DNA of 64,000 nucleotides from Octopus vulgaris (lineage: Eukaryota). The DNA lies in NCBI GenBank assembly GCA_951406725.2, contig OX597824.1, forward strand, positions 82,398,001 to 82,462,000. Direction: 5' to 3'. A model generated the notes under the pieces. It was not told where the DNA came from. It did no database searches and saw only the letters and a program-made list of their open reading frames with translations. Below, piece after piece: positions 39,825 to 52,725 of the stretch. Within the stretch, counting starts at the first letter, position 1. Each line of letters opens with the position of its first letter. The position numbers and the translations under genes are program-made.

Positions 39825-40633
39825 GAATTTGAACACAGAACATAGCGGCAGACGAAATACCTATTTCTTTACTACCCACAAGGGGCTAAACATAGAGGAC
39901 AAACAAGGACAGACAAACGGATTAAGTCGATTACATCAACCCCAGTGCGTAACTGGTACTTAATTTATCGACCCCGAAAGGATGAAAGGCAAAGTCGACC
40001 TCGGCGGAATTTGAACACAGAACGTAGCGGCAGACGAAATACCTATTTCTTTACTACCCACGAGGGGCTAAACACAGAGAGGACAAACAAGGACAGACAG
40101 ACAAACGGATTAAGTCGATTACATAAACCCCAGTGCGTAACTGGTTCTTAATTTATCGACCCCGAAAGGATGAAAGGCAAAGTCGACCTCGGCGGAATGT
40201 GAACTCAGAACTTAGCGGCAGACGAAATACCAATTTCTTTACTACCCACGAGGGGCTAAACACAGAGAGGACAAACAAGGACAGACAAACGGATTAAGTC
40301 GATTACATCAACCCCAGTGCGTAACTGGTACTTAATTTATCGACCCCGAAAGGATGAAAGGCAAAGCCGACCTCGGCGGAATTTGAACACAGAACGTAGC
40401 GGCAGACGAAATACCTATTTCTTTACTACCCACGAGGGGCTAAACACAGAGAGGACAAACAAGGACAGACAGACAAACGGATTAAGTCGATTACATCAAC
40501 CCCAGTGCGTAACTGGTACTTAATTTATCGACCCCGAAAGGATGAAAGGCAAAGTCGACCTCGGCGGAATTTGAACTTGGAACGTAACGGCAGACGAAAT
40601 ACGGCTACGCATTTCGCCCGGCGTGCTAACGTT
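39825..40633 (-). mobile_element. SINE family D concatemer (4 units plus a stub)
   Basis: ~185 bp units joined at AAAGAAAT(A)|GGTATTTCGTCTGCC; only the unit at 40633 has the full head. Confidence 0.9.
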
Positions 40634-40889
40634 TCTGCCAGCTCACCGCCTTTAGGCAGCCAACTGGAATTGGAGGGTTAGATGAAACGGTGGTTCGGGT
40701 TTAGGTGAGGGTCGGTCGCAGGTTAGGGTTATGCAATCTGTTTGGTGAAGACGTGTTGTTATAAGGATTAACTTGTATCAGTATGGGTAAGATATAGGAT
40801 TATGTACAAGAACAACGGTAGATACAAGAACAACGGTAGAATTACACATTCCAATCATGGTTCGGTTCATTTAAATATGCTACGTGTCA

Positions 40890-40950
40890 GCGTGACACAC
40901 ATACACACGCACACACGTTCACACGCGCGCACACATCTATGTGTGTATAC

Positions 40951-41010
<60 letters not shown>

Positions 41011-41023
41011 ATATACATATATA

Positions 41024-41059
<36 letters not shown>

Positions 41060-41155
41060 TAAATCTATATATACGTATACGCACATATATATATATACAG
41101 CTATATACATATACATACATACATATATATATATATGTGCATATATATATATATG

Positions 41156-41187
<32 letters not shown>

Positions 41188-41217
41188 CAGCTATATACAT
41201 ATACATATATATATATA

Positions 41218-41270
<53 letters not shown>

Positions 41271-41471
41271 GCACACGTGCATGTCTGTGTATACATGTAT
41301 GACCGTATGTATGTATGAATGTATGTAGAGAGAGAGAGGTGGAAGTTATGTATGATTCGCACACATCATCATCGTCGTCGTCGTCGTCGTCATCATGAAA
41401 TCTAGTTAATGAAAGCATTGGTTCAATGAAAGAGCGATAATAGAGTTGACAGCTGTCGCTTTCTAGCTAAC

Positions 41472-41521
<50 letters not shown>

Positions 41522-41662
41522 ACACACACACATATGTTGTGTACGTATATGTGTGTATTTTCATATCTACACATATATATATATATATATATAAATATAC
41601 ACTCATACAAACACACACACAAGCACACGCACATATATATGTTGTGTATATATGTGAGTATA

Positions 41663-41714
<52 letters not shown>

Positions 41715-41729
41715 GAAGCACGTACGCTA

Positions 41730-41766
<37 letters not shown>

Positions 41767-42499
41767 CACAAACAAACACACATACACTCACTCACACACA
41801 TACACACACACACCCACACATACACACACATACACACACTCACACACACACACATACACACATACATACACACACACACACGTGTTTGTGTATTTACTTT
41901 TGTAGTTGATGTAATCAGCTCCTCTCTGACATTCTGACATTGTGACTACCTATTTCTGTGAGGTGTTAGATATAGGGGTAGTATCGGGGTAGTATCGGGG
42001 TATCGTGTTTGATGTGACGGCAGATGGGGGTGGAGGATAAAATAGTGGGGAGCACCCGTAAGTAATGGTGGGGGTGTAGGGTAGAGAGAAGTGTGATAGA
42101 GACAGAATGAGAGTGAAAGTGTAAAAGAATGAGAGTGAGTCAGAGAGAGTTAGAGAAAGAGGGTTTAGCGAGAATTAGTGGAGTTAAGGTGAGAGAGAGA
42201 GAGGGAGAGAGTTAATAGGGGGAGAAAGAGAGAGGGGAAGAAGAGAGAAAGAGGGGAAAAAGGGGAGGTAGAGAATGGTTAGAGAATAAAGAGTGAGAAA
42301 GATGAACAAAGAATCCAAAAAGAGGAGAGGTGAGAGAGAAAGAAGAAAGGGACCGAGGAAACGGTAACAAAGAGAGAGAGAAGGAGAAGGAAGAAAGAAA
42401 GCAATAAAGTGTCGATGGGGGAGAAGGTGAAAGAATGAAGCAAAATGATTGAAAGACCCGACAGAGATAGAAAGAAAGAAAGAAAGAAAGAAAGAAGGA

Positions 42500-42539
<40 letters not shown>

Positions 42540-42555
42540 GAGAGAGATGGATGGG

Positions 42556-42615
<60 letters not shown>

Positions 42616-42684
42616 TAGATAGGGAGAGAGAGAGAGAAGGGGAAGATAGATAAATAAATAGAGAGAGAGAAAGAGAGGAAGTGG

Positions 42685-42743
<59 letters not shown>

Positions 42744-42767
42744 ATAGATAGACAGACAGACAGACAA

Positions 42768-42854
<87 letters not shown>

Positions 42855-42931
42855 CATACATACATAGATAGGGAGAGAGAGAGAAGGGGAAGATAGATAA
42901 ATAAATAGAGAGAGAGAAAGAGAGGAAGTGG

Positions 42932-42991
<60 letters not shown>

Positions 42992-43000
42992 AAAACAAGG
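40890..43000. repeat. compound (TA)n/(CA)n/(GA)n/(GATA)n microsatellite block
   Basis: Directly visible. Confidence 0.9.
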
Positions 43001-43595
43001 TAGCAGATAGAAAGGGAGACAGACAGACTGAAGGAATATAGGTATAAGGAATATATATTGTACTCTAAATTGTCAATGCTTTAAAGCAATATTTACACCC
43101 CACTTCAAGTGGGAACCTTGTTAAACACCAGATACTGCGGTATACGTCTTGAGAATGTCCTCTCATGTGGACGCGGCGAATACCGCTTTAAGGTGGTCAT
43201 AAAGTTTGCCTTTTGGTATTAACAACGCTTCTATCGCGAATAATTATTTTATAAATTAGCTGATCCCAGTACTGTCAATAATGACGGCTAATTGTAGTAT
43301 TTTATATATAAATAAGGTACAAAATAAGGTACAAAATAAGGTACAAAATAAAGTACATAATAATCACACATACAAACATTCGCAAACTTCCCTTGTACAC
43401 ACACACACACATACACACATATACTCACAGGCTGATTTTTTTCACCCCTTCCTTCCTTATTCGTCTATCACCCCATCCTTTCTCTTATTGCTATTACTTT
43501 CTTTCTCTCCCTCTCAGTAAGAGCTATTACTTTCACTACTTCTCCTTCACTGAATTACTATTTTCTCTCCACCTCCGTGTCCAGAGTGATTCTGG

Positions 43596-43682
<87 letters not shown>

Positions 43683-44221
43683 TAATAAACCTTTACATAA
43701 ATAAATAACGTGAAATACACGAAGAGACGAACAAAAAGACAAACAGGTCATTCAAAGCCTTCATTCTTCAGTCAGAAACTGATCCCTCATCGCAGATTTC
43801 GGCTGTTTAATTCTGAGATCCGCTCTGAATCAGCCAGCCACAGAAGGAAAGAATGCAACGCAACAGAGACGAACAAGAAACGAAAAATCTTTTTTGGAGA
43901 CAGTAACGGTTAAAAACATGGATGACACAGGCGCCCTACGGCTTTGAGACAAAAAGAGAGACACAAAAACAATATATATATGTATATGTATATGTATATA
44001 TACACACACACATACATATGTACATATATATATATATATATACTTTGATACTTTGATACTTTGATAAGTTTCGGCCATTATTGGCCCAGGCCATGTCTAA
44101 CTTAATAGCACCAGAGAGAGAGAGAAAGAGAGAGAAAGTAAAATTAGTTTATTTATCTATTAATAATCAAAAAATTTACCAAGTAGTCAGTACGTTAAAA
44201 AACTTTTTAAGGGAATTATGC

Positions 44222-44476
44222 AAAATATTCTATAATTATATAACTATAATCAGAGGTCAGCTAAGTGCCTCACCACGTGCTAAAAGGAAATAGACACTAA
44301 TGTCTTTTTAACTACCATAAACATCTCCGAGACAAAAATACTTTTTTATGTGTATTTTTGTCTCGGAGATTTTTATGGTAGTTGAAAAGACATTAGCATC
44401 TATTTCTAATTCAGTACGTGGCGAGTCACTTAGCTGACCGCTGATTAAAATTATGTATATAATTATAGAATATCTT
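44222..44476. mobile_element. foldback inverted-repeat module
   Basis: ~120 bp arms around a ~10 bp spacer (..CCGAGACAAAAATAC / GTATTTTTGTCTCGG..). Confidence 0.75.
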
Positions 44477-44480
44477 ATAA

Positions 44481-45033
44481 TCTATTATATAAAATCTGTT
44501 CTGTCTGTCTGTGTGTGTGTCTTCTAGGATCTCGGGCATCCTCCATCCGATTGCGCTCAAATTTGATATGTAAATACCGACGGTATCAGGGCGTGTATAA
44601 GTCTTGAAAAATTTACAAAATTCGATTCCAGGGGAGAATGCGATCGATAAAGCCGTTTTTGTCTTGCTTTCTTCCCTCAACCTGTACATAACTGCCCCTT
44701 CCATTTTTTGTTGTTTTTGTACTGCTTAAAGGCACGTTTCTTTCCTGCCAAGCTTACTATTTAAATCATGTTTGTGCTCTCCAAGTCAACAGCCTTATCA
44801 TTACTGGTACTTTAAACTCTTCGGTTGCATATTTGTGTGAATAAAATCGTTTTTCTTTGGAATAGAAAAAAAGTCTATCTTTATTTCTTCTTTTGCTGGT
44901 GTCTCAAATTTAAGTTAAATCAGTGTTTCTCAAAGGGGGTGGCTATGGGACGGTCAGACAAGTTGTTTTGAGAAAATTTGGTTTAAATGTTTGACAACTC
45001 AGCACCGTCCATTGGACAGGGAGCGTTTTGCTC

Positions 45034-45034
<1 letters not shown>
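44481..45034 (+). mobile_element. non-autonomous Helitron
   Basis: Starts A|TCTATTATATAAAA; ends with a GTCCA-TGGAC hairpin then CTCG|T (CTAG-like). Confidence 0.6.
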
Positions 45035-45077
<43 letters not shown>

Positions 45078-45397
45078 TCATTACAGATAAAGGGTGAAAT
45101 ATAATTAATTTAATAAAATCAACAAATTTCACCTCGTAGTATTTTGGTATGGAAAAGGACCATATTCGGTAAAAGTTTATATAATTATAACAATGAGGGT
45201 CCTTGCAACAGGTTGCTAGACCTGGCTGCTATTTCGAAAACTTTCGGTATGTGGTCTAGCAACCTGTTGCAAATACTCTCATTGTTATAATTATATAAAC
45301 TTTTACCGAATATGGTCCTTTTCCATACCGAAATACCACGAGGTGAAATTTGTTGACTTTATTAAATTAATTATATTTCACCCTTTATCTGTAATGA
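45078..45397. mobile_element. foldback inverted-repeat module next to (TA)n
   Basis: ~145 bp arms 45078-45222 / 45253-45397; spacer and arm start recur at 45780-45850. Confidence 0.8.
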
Positions 45398-45844
45398 TTA
45401 TTTTACTTCCCTACGACAGAACTACGAATTTATTTTCGGTAGTATTATGTTGTGACTCACGTGGTAAAAATTCTGGAGTTGAAATACGAATTCACTTGTC
45501 TCTATAAATGTGGATATGCTGATTAGCTTCTGTATGCCCCGATGTCGCTTGGTCGGAAATATAGGAGGTAAGATTTCCTAGCATTTCTAGATTTATTTAC
45601 CGGAATATTATGTTGATAAAGGGAATGAATCTTATGATTCTAATCCAGAAACGTGCGTCCATAAATGACCGTGGACTGTTTGATTTCGTTATTTTTCTTC
45701 TTTTTTTTTGCCATATATGAGTTACAAATACTGTTGTCTGTGGAAACATATTTTTGTAGTAAAAGCAAATAACAGTCCTCTGGCTGCTATTTCTAAACTT
45801 TCGGTATGTGGTCTAGCAACCTGTTGCAAAGACCCTCATTGTTA

Positions 45845-45908
<64 letters not shown>

Positions 45909-46504
45909 CACACACGCACACACACACATACACAAATATATAAAAACACTACGCTCATTACCATATTAGGAGATTGTTTGTTGGTGCTACCTTTAATATT
46001 ATTTTTACTGCTCTTTAACCCCAGGTCACTGATGATCGAACGGACATATAACTAAAGGCTTTTTAATCAATGACCACCCTGTCTTCGTATATGCACATTG
46101 TATATTTAGGATTTCATTCTCCATGGTGACCGAGTCCTCTTTTTTGAAGCTAGCAGTGTGTAATTTGAAGGAAATTTGGCTGCTATTTTTTGCAGATCGT
46201 GTGTCCACATAGGAGCTCTCTCATACTGCCGTTGTTGTTGTCCATTATTTTACTTCTTACTAATATTTTGTTGTTGTTATTATTGTGGGTATTGTTATTG
46301 TTGTGGCTTTTGTTGCTGTTGTTGTTAGTGGTGGTGGTGGTGGTGATGGTGGTGGTATTGTTGTTATTGTTGTTGTTGTTGCTGTTGTAGTTTAGCTCTA
46401 AGTAAGTCGTGACAGTCCAAACCTATTGATGAAATTTGTTCCTTGCCGAGACCTCTCGGCAAGGAACGATAAAAAGTGAATCTTGATGGTGGAATTGTAC
46501 TTTC

Positions 46505-46680
46505 AGATTGATACAGCTTGGCACCAGTAACATCGCAACTGATTTCTACAACTGAGTGTACTGGAGCAACGTGAAATAAAGTATCTTGCTCAAGAACACA
46601 ACACGCAACACACAGCCCGGTCCTGGGATCGAACTCACAACCTCACGATCGACGCTCTAAACACTGAGCCATACGCCTTC
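46505..46680 (-). mobile_element. family C-related SINE
   Basis: Reverse tRNA-like head (GGCTCAGTG..GAGTTCGATCCC) and TTGAGCAAGATACTTTATTTCACGTTGCTCCAG. Confidence 0.65.
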
Positions 46681-47221
46681 ACTTATAGAGGGTATTATGT
46701 AATCAATGATAAGGAAAAATATCTTGATTGAATATATCAATTAAGACCTGTGAAGAATTTGTTTCTCTCCTATTTTGAACATAAAAAAGGGGGATTCAAA
46801 ATTCTAAACTGCAACTACTAAAGTCACGTACAACAAGTTGGGTTGACTGCATCCTGTAGACATGACCTGATGAGAACTGGTAAACTTATTGCCCTCATAG
46901 AATGAATTTGATGTATAGATTTGGTCATAACAAATCAAGTATTTAACTTGCTCAAACAGTGAATAATTCCGAGACACCATTTTGTTTTTTTAGATGATAA
47001 ATCATAGTTTTGTTGGCAAAAACATTTTTGAATCAACGAACGTTGAAATGATTAAATATAAAGTGAGAGAAGAAAGGAAAAAGTCGATGAATAATGACAT
47101 TTTTATTTTCGTTTTTTCTGGCAAGTTCTAGCATGTTCGAATGAATTTGTGATTTGTTCGTTGATATTTCAGTAAGTGAGGCTAAATAAATCCTAAATAT
47201 GTGTGTATTGTTTACACGTAT

Positions 47222-47429
47222 ACTCTTTTACTCTTTTACTTGTTTCAGTCATTTGACTGCGGCCATGCTGGAGCACCACCTTTAATCGAGCAAATCGACC
47301 CCGGGACTTATTCTTTGTAAGCCCAGTACTTATTCTATTGATCTCTTTTGCCGAACCGCTAAGTAACGGGGACGTAAACACACCAGCATCGGTTGTCAAG
47401 CAATGCTAGGGGGACAAACACAAACACAT

Positions 47430-47465
<36 letters not shown>

Positions 47466-47636
47466 ATATATACGACAGGCTTCTTTCAGTTTCCGTCTAC
47501 CAAATCCACTCACAAGGCATTGGTCGGCCCGGGGCTATAGCAGGAGACACTTGCCCAAGATGCCACGCAGTGGGACTGAACCCGGAACCATGTGGTTGGT
47601 TAGCAAGCTACTTACCACACAGCCACTCCTGCGCCT
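47222..47636 (-). mobile_element. SINE family B
   Basis: Full copy. Confidence 0.9.
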
Positions 47637-48276
47637 GTATGTACTTACTGGAAAATAAACTAAGTGAAAAAGATACGTTCGGGTATCAAATTCGGCAAGG
47701 TCAGCTTCAGCAGTTATCCCTCATAAAATAAAGTACAAGTCAAATATTAGGGTCGACATAAGCGTCAGTGGAGGCGCAATGGCCCAGCGGTTAGGGCAGC
47801 GGACTCGTGGTCATAAGCACTCGCAATTCCCGGTCTGGGAATTGTGAGTGTTTGTTAAGCAAAAACACTTAATTCTACGAGGCTCCGGCGGTGGTGGGTG
47901 GTGAACCCCGCTGTACTCTTTCACCACAACTTTCTCTCACACTTTCTTCCTACTTCTGCCACAAAGCAGAGGAACCTTGGTGTAACCCACTATGGTGTGG
48001 TAATACTTTCAGACCCTTTCAGTCTAGATTACGAATCCTCTGTACCCCAGGATGGTTCAACTCTCCAACCGTTAAAAAAAGGCACCGTTTACGGAATGAG
48101 GGTAATAACGTAGCTTTCGCGCCCGTGCAACCGCCAGTCTATCGCGGGTGGTGGGTGGATCTTCAAATGGCCACAAGCATTCATAGTAGCTTAGAGTAAA
48201 CCCAAATTAGAGATTATTCTTTGTGGCTAATGGCGTGAGTCCTGATTGGAATAATAATAATAATAATAATAATAAT

Positions 48277-48523
48277 ATACTATCATAGTAGGTGCATTAG
48301 GCATGATAAAAAAATATTCAGACAAATACATAACAAAAACACCAGGACTTACAAACACATATAACATACAGAAAATTGCACTACTAGGCACTGCACACAT
48401 CCTACGCAGAACACTTTCCATACAATAACCATCAGAGCATCACAACAAATCACAGCACATACCCAAGGCACACAGAGCTGCGCTCGGTAGTGAAATGAAA
48501 GCACGCTATAAAAAATAAAACTA

Positions 48524-48527
<4 letters not shown>
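48277..48527 (+). mobile_element. 5'-truncated Dong/R4-type (RLE) non-LTR retrotransposon 3' end in (TAA)n
   Basis: 48282-48428 reads IIVGALGMIKK..IQKIALLGTAHILRRTLSIQ*, a typical R4/Dong C-terminus; (TAA)n lies on both sides. Confidence 0.8.
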
Positions 48528-48576
<49 letters not shown>

Positions 48577-48814
48577 GAAGAAGAAGAAGAAGAAGAGAAG
48601 AAGAGCATAAGCGGCAAAATCCTCCCGCTAAAATTGCTGGCCTTGTGCCAAAATTTAAAACAATGAGCTGGCCGAATCGTTATCTTGCCGGGCAAAATGT
48701 TAAGCAGCTTTCTCTTGGTTCTTTGCATTGCGTTCAAATTCTGCAGTTGTCAACGCTGCCTTTCATCCTTTTGATAAAATGAATTACCAGCCAACTTATA
48801 GTGTCTTGTATTGT

Positions 48815-49198
48815 GGAGGCGCAATGGCCCAGTGGTTAGGGCAGCGGACTCGCGGTCATAGGATCGCGGATTCGAATCCCCAGACCGGGCGTTGTGAGTG
48901 TTTATTGAGCGAAAACACCTAAAGCTCCACGAGGCTCCGGCAGAGGATGGTGGTGATCCCTGCTGTACTCTTTCACCACAACTTTCTCTCACTCTTACTT
49001 CCTGTTTCTGTTGTACCTGTATTTCAAAGGGCCGGCCTTGTCACTCTCTGTGTCACGCTGAATATCTCCGAGAACTACGTTAAGGGTACACGTGTCTGTG
49101 GAGTGCTCAGCCACTTACACGTTAATTTCACGAGCAGGCTGTTCCGTTGATTCGGATCAACCGGAACCCTCGTCGTCGTAACCGACGGAGTGCTTCCA
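48815..49198 (+). mobile_element. SINE family A
   Basis: Full copy. Confidence 0.9.
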
Positions 49199-49200
49199 GA

Positions 49201-50630
49201 AAGGCGGCGAGCTCGCTGAATTGTTAGTACGCCGGGGGAAAATGCTAAGCGGCAGTTCGTCTGTCTTTTACGTTCTGAGTTCAAATTCCACCGAGGTCGA
49301 CTTTACCTTTCATCCTTTTGGGGTCGATAAATTAAGTACCAGTTACGTACTGGGGTCGATCTAATCGATTGCCCCCCATCCCCCAAAATTTCGGGCCGTT
49401 TGCCTACAGTAGAAAATAATATAAAATTATAATAGAAAGTATTATTACAGAGACGGCGTTCTGGCTAAATCGTTAACAGGCCGGGCAACAAGCTCTGTGG
49501 CATTCCGTCTGCCTTTACGCTCTGAGTTCAAATTCCGCCGCGGTCGACTTTGCGTTTCGTCCTTTCGGGGTTGATAAATTAAGTACCAGTGAAAAACTGG
49601 GGTCGATGTAATCGACTAGTCCTCTCCACACAAATTTCAGGCCTTGTGCCAACAATAGAAAATATTATCATGGTTACTGCTCGGGAGAGAGACTGACAGA
49701 GTTGTTGGAACGTCGAGAAAAATGTCTTACAGTATTTCATGCGGCTCCTTATGCACTGAGTTCAAATCCCACTGAGAACAGCCATGCTTTTTCATCTTTT
49801 GGGGATCGATAAAATAATGTACCAATCAAATACTGGGGACGATGTAGTCGGCTAAACGACTCCCTTCAAAACTGCTGGACTCGTGCCAACATTTACTCTT
49901 TTACTTGTTTCAGTCATGTGACTGTGGCCATGCTGGAGCATCACCTGTAGTCGAGCAAATCGACTCGAGGACTTATTCTTTGTAAGCCTAGTACTTATTC
50001 TATCGGTCTCTTTTGCCGAACCATTAAGTTACGGGGCCGTAAACACACCAGTATCGGTTATCAAGCGATGTTGGGGGACAAACACGGACACACAAACATA
50101 TACACACACACATATATATATGGGCTTCTTTCAGTTTCCGTCTACCAAATCCACTCACAAGACTTTGGTCGGCCCGTGGCTATAGTAGAAGATACTTGCC
50201 CAAGGTGCCACGCAGTGGAACTGAACCCGGAATCATGTGGTTCGTAAGCAAGCTACCTACCACACAGCTATTCCTACTCAAAGGCGACGAGTCGGTAGAA
50301 TCGTGTCCGCCGAGGTCGACTTTGCCTTTCATCCTTTCGGGGTCGATTAAATAAGTACCAGTTACGCACTGGAGTCGATATAATCGACTTAATCCGTTTG
50401 TCTGTCCGTGTTTGTCCCCCTCTGTGTGTAGCCCCTTGTGGGCAGTAAGGAAATAAGAATCGTGAGCACGCTGAACAAAATGCTTAGCAGCATTTCTTCC
50501 AGCTCTTTACGTTCCGAGTTCCGAGTTCAAATCCCACCAAGGCCAACTTTACTTTTCAATCCTTTTGCGTATCGATAGACAAAATACCAATCAAGTCAAG
50601 CAATACAGTCAATTTAATCACTTTACTCTC
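49201..50630 (+). mobile_element. cluster of SINE-D copies of mixed age, with a SINE-B (49893-50277, -) inserted
   Basis: Repeated GAGTTCAAAT..CCTTTCATCC..GGGGTCGAT units at ~49201, 49455, 49680 and 50281. Confidence 0.8.
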
Positions 50631-51248
50631 TTCCTCCTCACTCACTTAACAAATACCGTTTGTGTCAATGTCTTAACAATGTTTATTAGTTTCCTAGTAT
50701 TGTTACATCCTGGAACGTGTCTACGTCTATCTATCCTTATCAGTAATTTGTCAATGTCTTTACAGCAAGTGGTTGTGTAATTTTTCCAGTCTATACCAGT
50801 TATAAATGATATAATAGACGCATTTATTATCTGTCACTGTTACTAATTCAACAGTTAAAATCACTGTGATTTCTTTTAGCTGCTCGGCTCTACACATCAT
50901 TATAGTCATCTGGTATTGCTATCTCGATAATTAACAACACCATTGTCATTATTTTTGTCATGAAAAATGTCAGACTTGTTATATGTTGTCTGGTGTCCTT
51001 GCTTTTAGCAGAACTTCCATATTTTTTTTTGAATTGTCATTTTCTGAGACAGCTGGACGGAAGCTCAAGTGTTTACAACAGATGCTTCTATGGAAAAACT
51101 TTTTAAAAGTTGTAGTATAGATTACGGCTTTTTTTTTTATTATCTGAGTTCAAATCCCGCTGCGGCAGACTTTACCTTTTATGTTTTCGGGGTTAATAAA
51201 ATAAGTTGATTTTTTAAAAATTTCCCACAAGGGGATAATACAGAAAAG

Positions 51249-51653
51249 GGATATTTTCGGTTTGAACGGCAGTTTTTCTAGCGGTGTCATATGAAATTGT
51301 CACCCATAATTATGACCCTAGTATCGATCTATTGCACTTCAATCTGTTTTAGGGTTAGTTTTAGTTAGGGTTAGGGTTAGGGGTGGGGGAAGGGTATCTT
51401 TTTTTCTTCACAAATGTAAATAAATCCAATCTGTTTCTTAAACGAGGGACATATTCATACGGTACAGAATGATTTTTAACTCAATAGACGTCACTGATTG
51501 GTTGAAATTGCAGAAATTGAAGAAAAAGAACAACAAATATCTTACAAACTATAGAATTTTATCAATAAAGCCAAGAGAAAAAAGATGTTTTATAAACATA
51601 TTCTACCAGTATACGAAGTTTAAAATTTTTTAGTTATCAAACCGAAAAGATCC
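51249..51653. mobile_element. Merlin-like MITE with internal TTAGGG-like repeats
   Basis: TIR GGATATTTTCGGTTTGA / TCAAACCGAAAAGATCC; 8-bp TSD CAGAAAAG/CAGAAAAA. Confidence 0.7.
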
Positions 51654-51704
51654 CAGAAAAAGACAACACAATTTGATTGGGGTCAGATGGACGAATGGAT
51701 ATTA

Positions 51705-51959
51705 GGATCTTTTCACTTTGACCGGCAGATTTAAAAAACATTTTTTTGTAACTAAACACTTCTAAACTTCGTATACTGGTAGAATGTGTCACATAAAACA
51801 TCTTTTTCTCTTGGCGTTCTTGAGAAAATCCTGTAGTTTGTAAGCTATTTGTTGTTAAATTTCTCGTATTTCGGCAATTTCAGCCAGTATACGAGGTTTA
51901 AAAGTGTTTAGTTACAAAAAAATTATTTTTTAAATCTGCCGGTCAAAGTGAAAACATCC
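51705..51959. mobile_element. Merlin-like palindromic MITE
   Basis: TIR GGATCTTTTCACTTTGACCGGCAGATTT with long arms; perfect 8-bp TSD GGATATTA. Confidence 0.8.
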
Positions 51960-52725
51960 GGATATTACATTAAGATGACATTAAAAATTCATAAGATAGA
52001 ATATAAATATATCGAATGATCGGGCAAACCGGAAGACATTACGGATGGAAAGGAGAGGCAGGTTCAATTCGGACCCTACGAGCCCCGCTTCGCCACTGAT
52101 ACCTGAGATACGTTCTGCGTCACATTCATGAGGTTACATTTACTCGCAATATCCGTGCTACATTCTTCCATCGATTTTCAAACATTTTCACAGTCAGGCA
52201 TTTTTTCTCTAGCCCTATCTTCCTTTTAAGGTGAAAGGTGAAATAATTCACCAATTCAGGGCCAGAGATGAAAGTGCCTGACTTTAATCCTTTCAGCCTC
52301 GTCTTCCAAATCACCTCTCTCGCAATTGAGGTTGATAAAAAAAGTACCAGTTGAACACTGGAGTCGATTTAATCGACTTGACCCCCTTGAATAAATTTGC
52401 CGGCCTTGTGCTAAGATCGAAAACCATGACTTATTTTGAGTGGCGAATTAGCATAAACGGTAGCAAGTCGACAGAATGCTTAGTGGCATTTCCTCAGGCT
52501 TTTTACGTGCTGAGTTCATATTCCACAGACGTAGAATCTCATCGTTTCAGGGTCGAGTGAGCACTGTGCCCGATATAACTGAATCCCTTCTCTTTTCAAA
52601 AGTGCTGACCGGGTACCAAATTTAGAAATGAACAACTGTTGTGTCAAATAAGGCTGCATGTTGGAAGAATTGCTTCAGCGACGGCAAAAAAAAAAAAAAA
52701 GCTTGGCAATATCTATTCCGGTTAT

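Noticed and set aside
39825-40633. CRISPR-like periodicity in tandem arrays
   Set aside because: Eukaryotic DNA; units are whole SINE segments without unique spacers.
46866-46895. CTGATGAG..AAAC
   Set aside because: No stem II or GAAA; likely chance.
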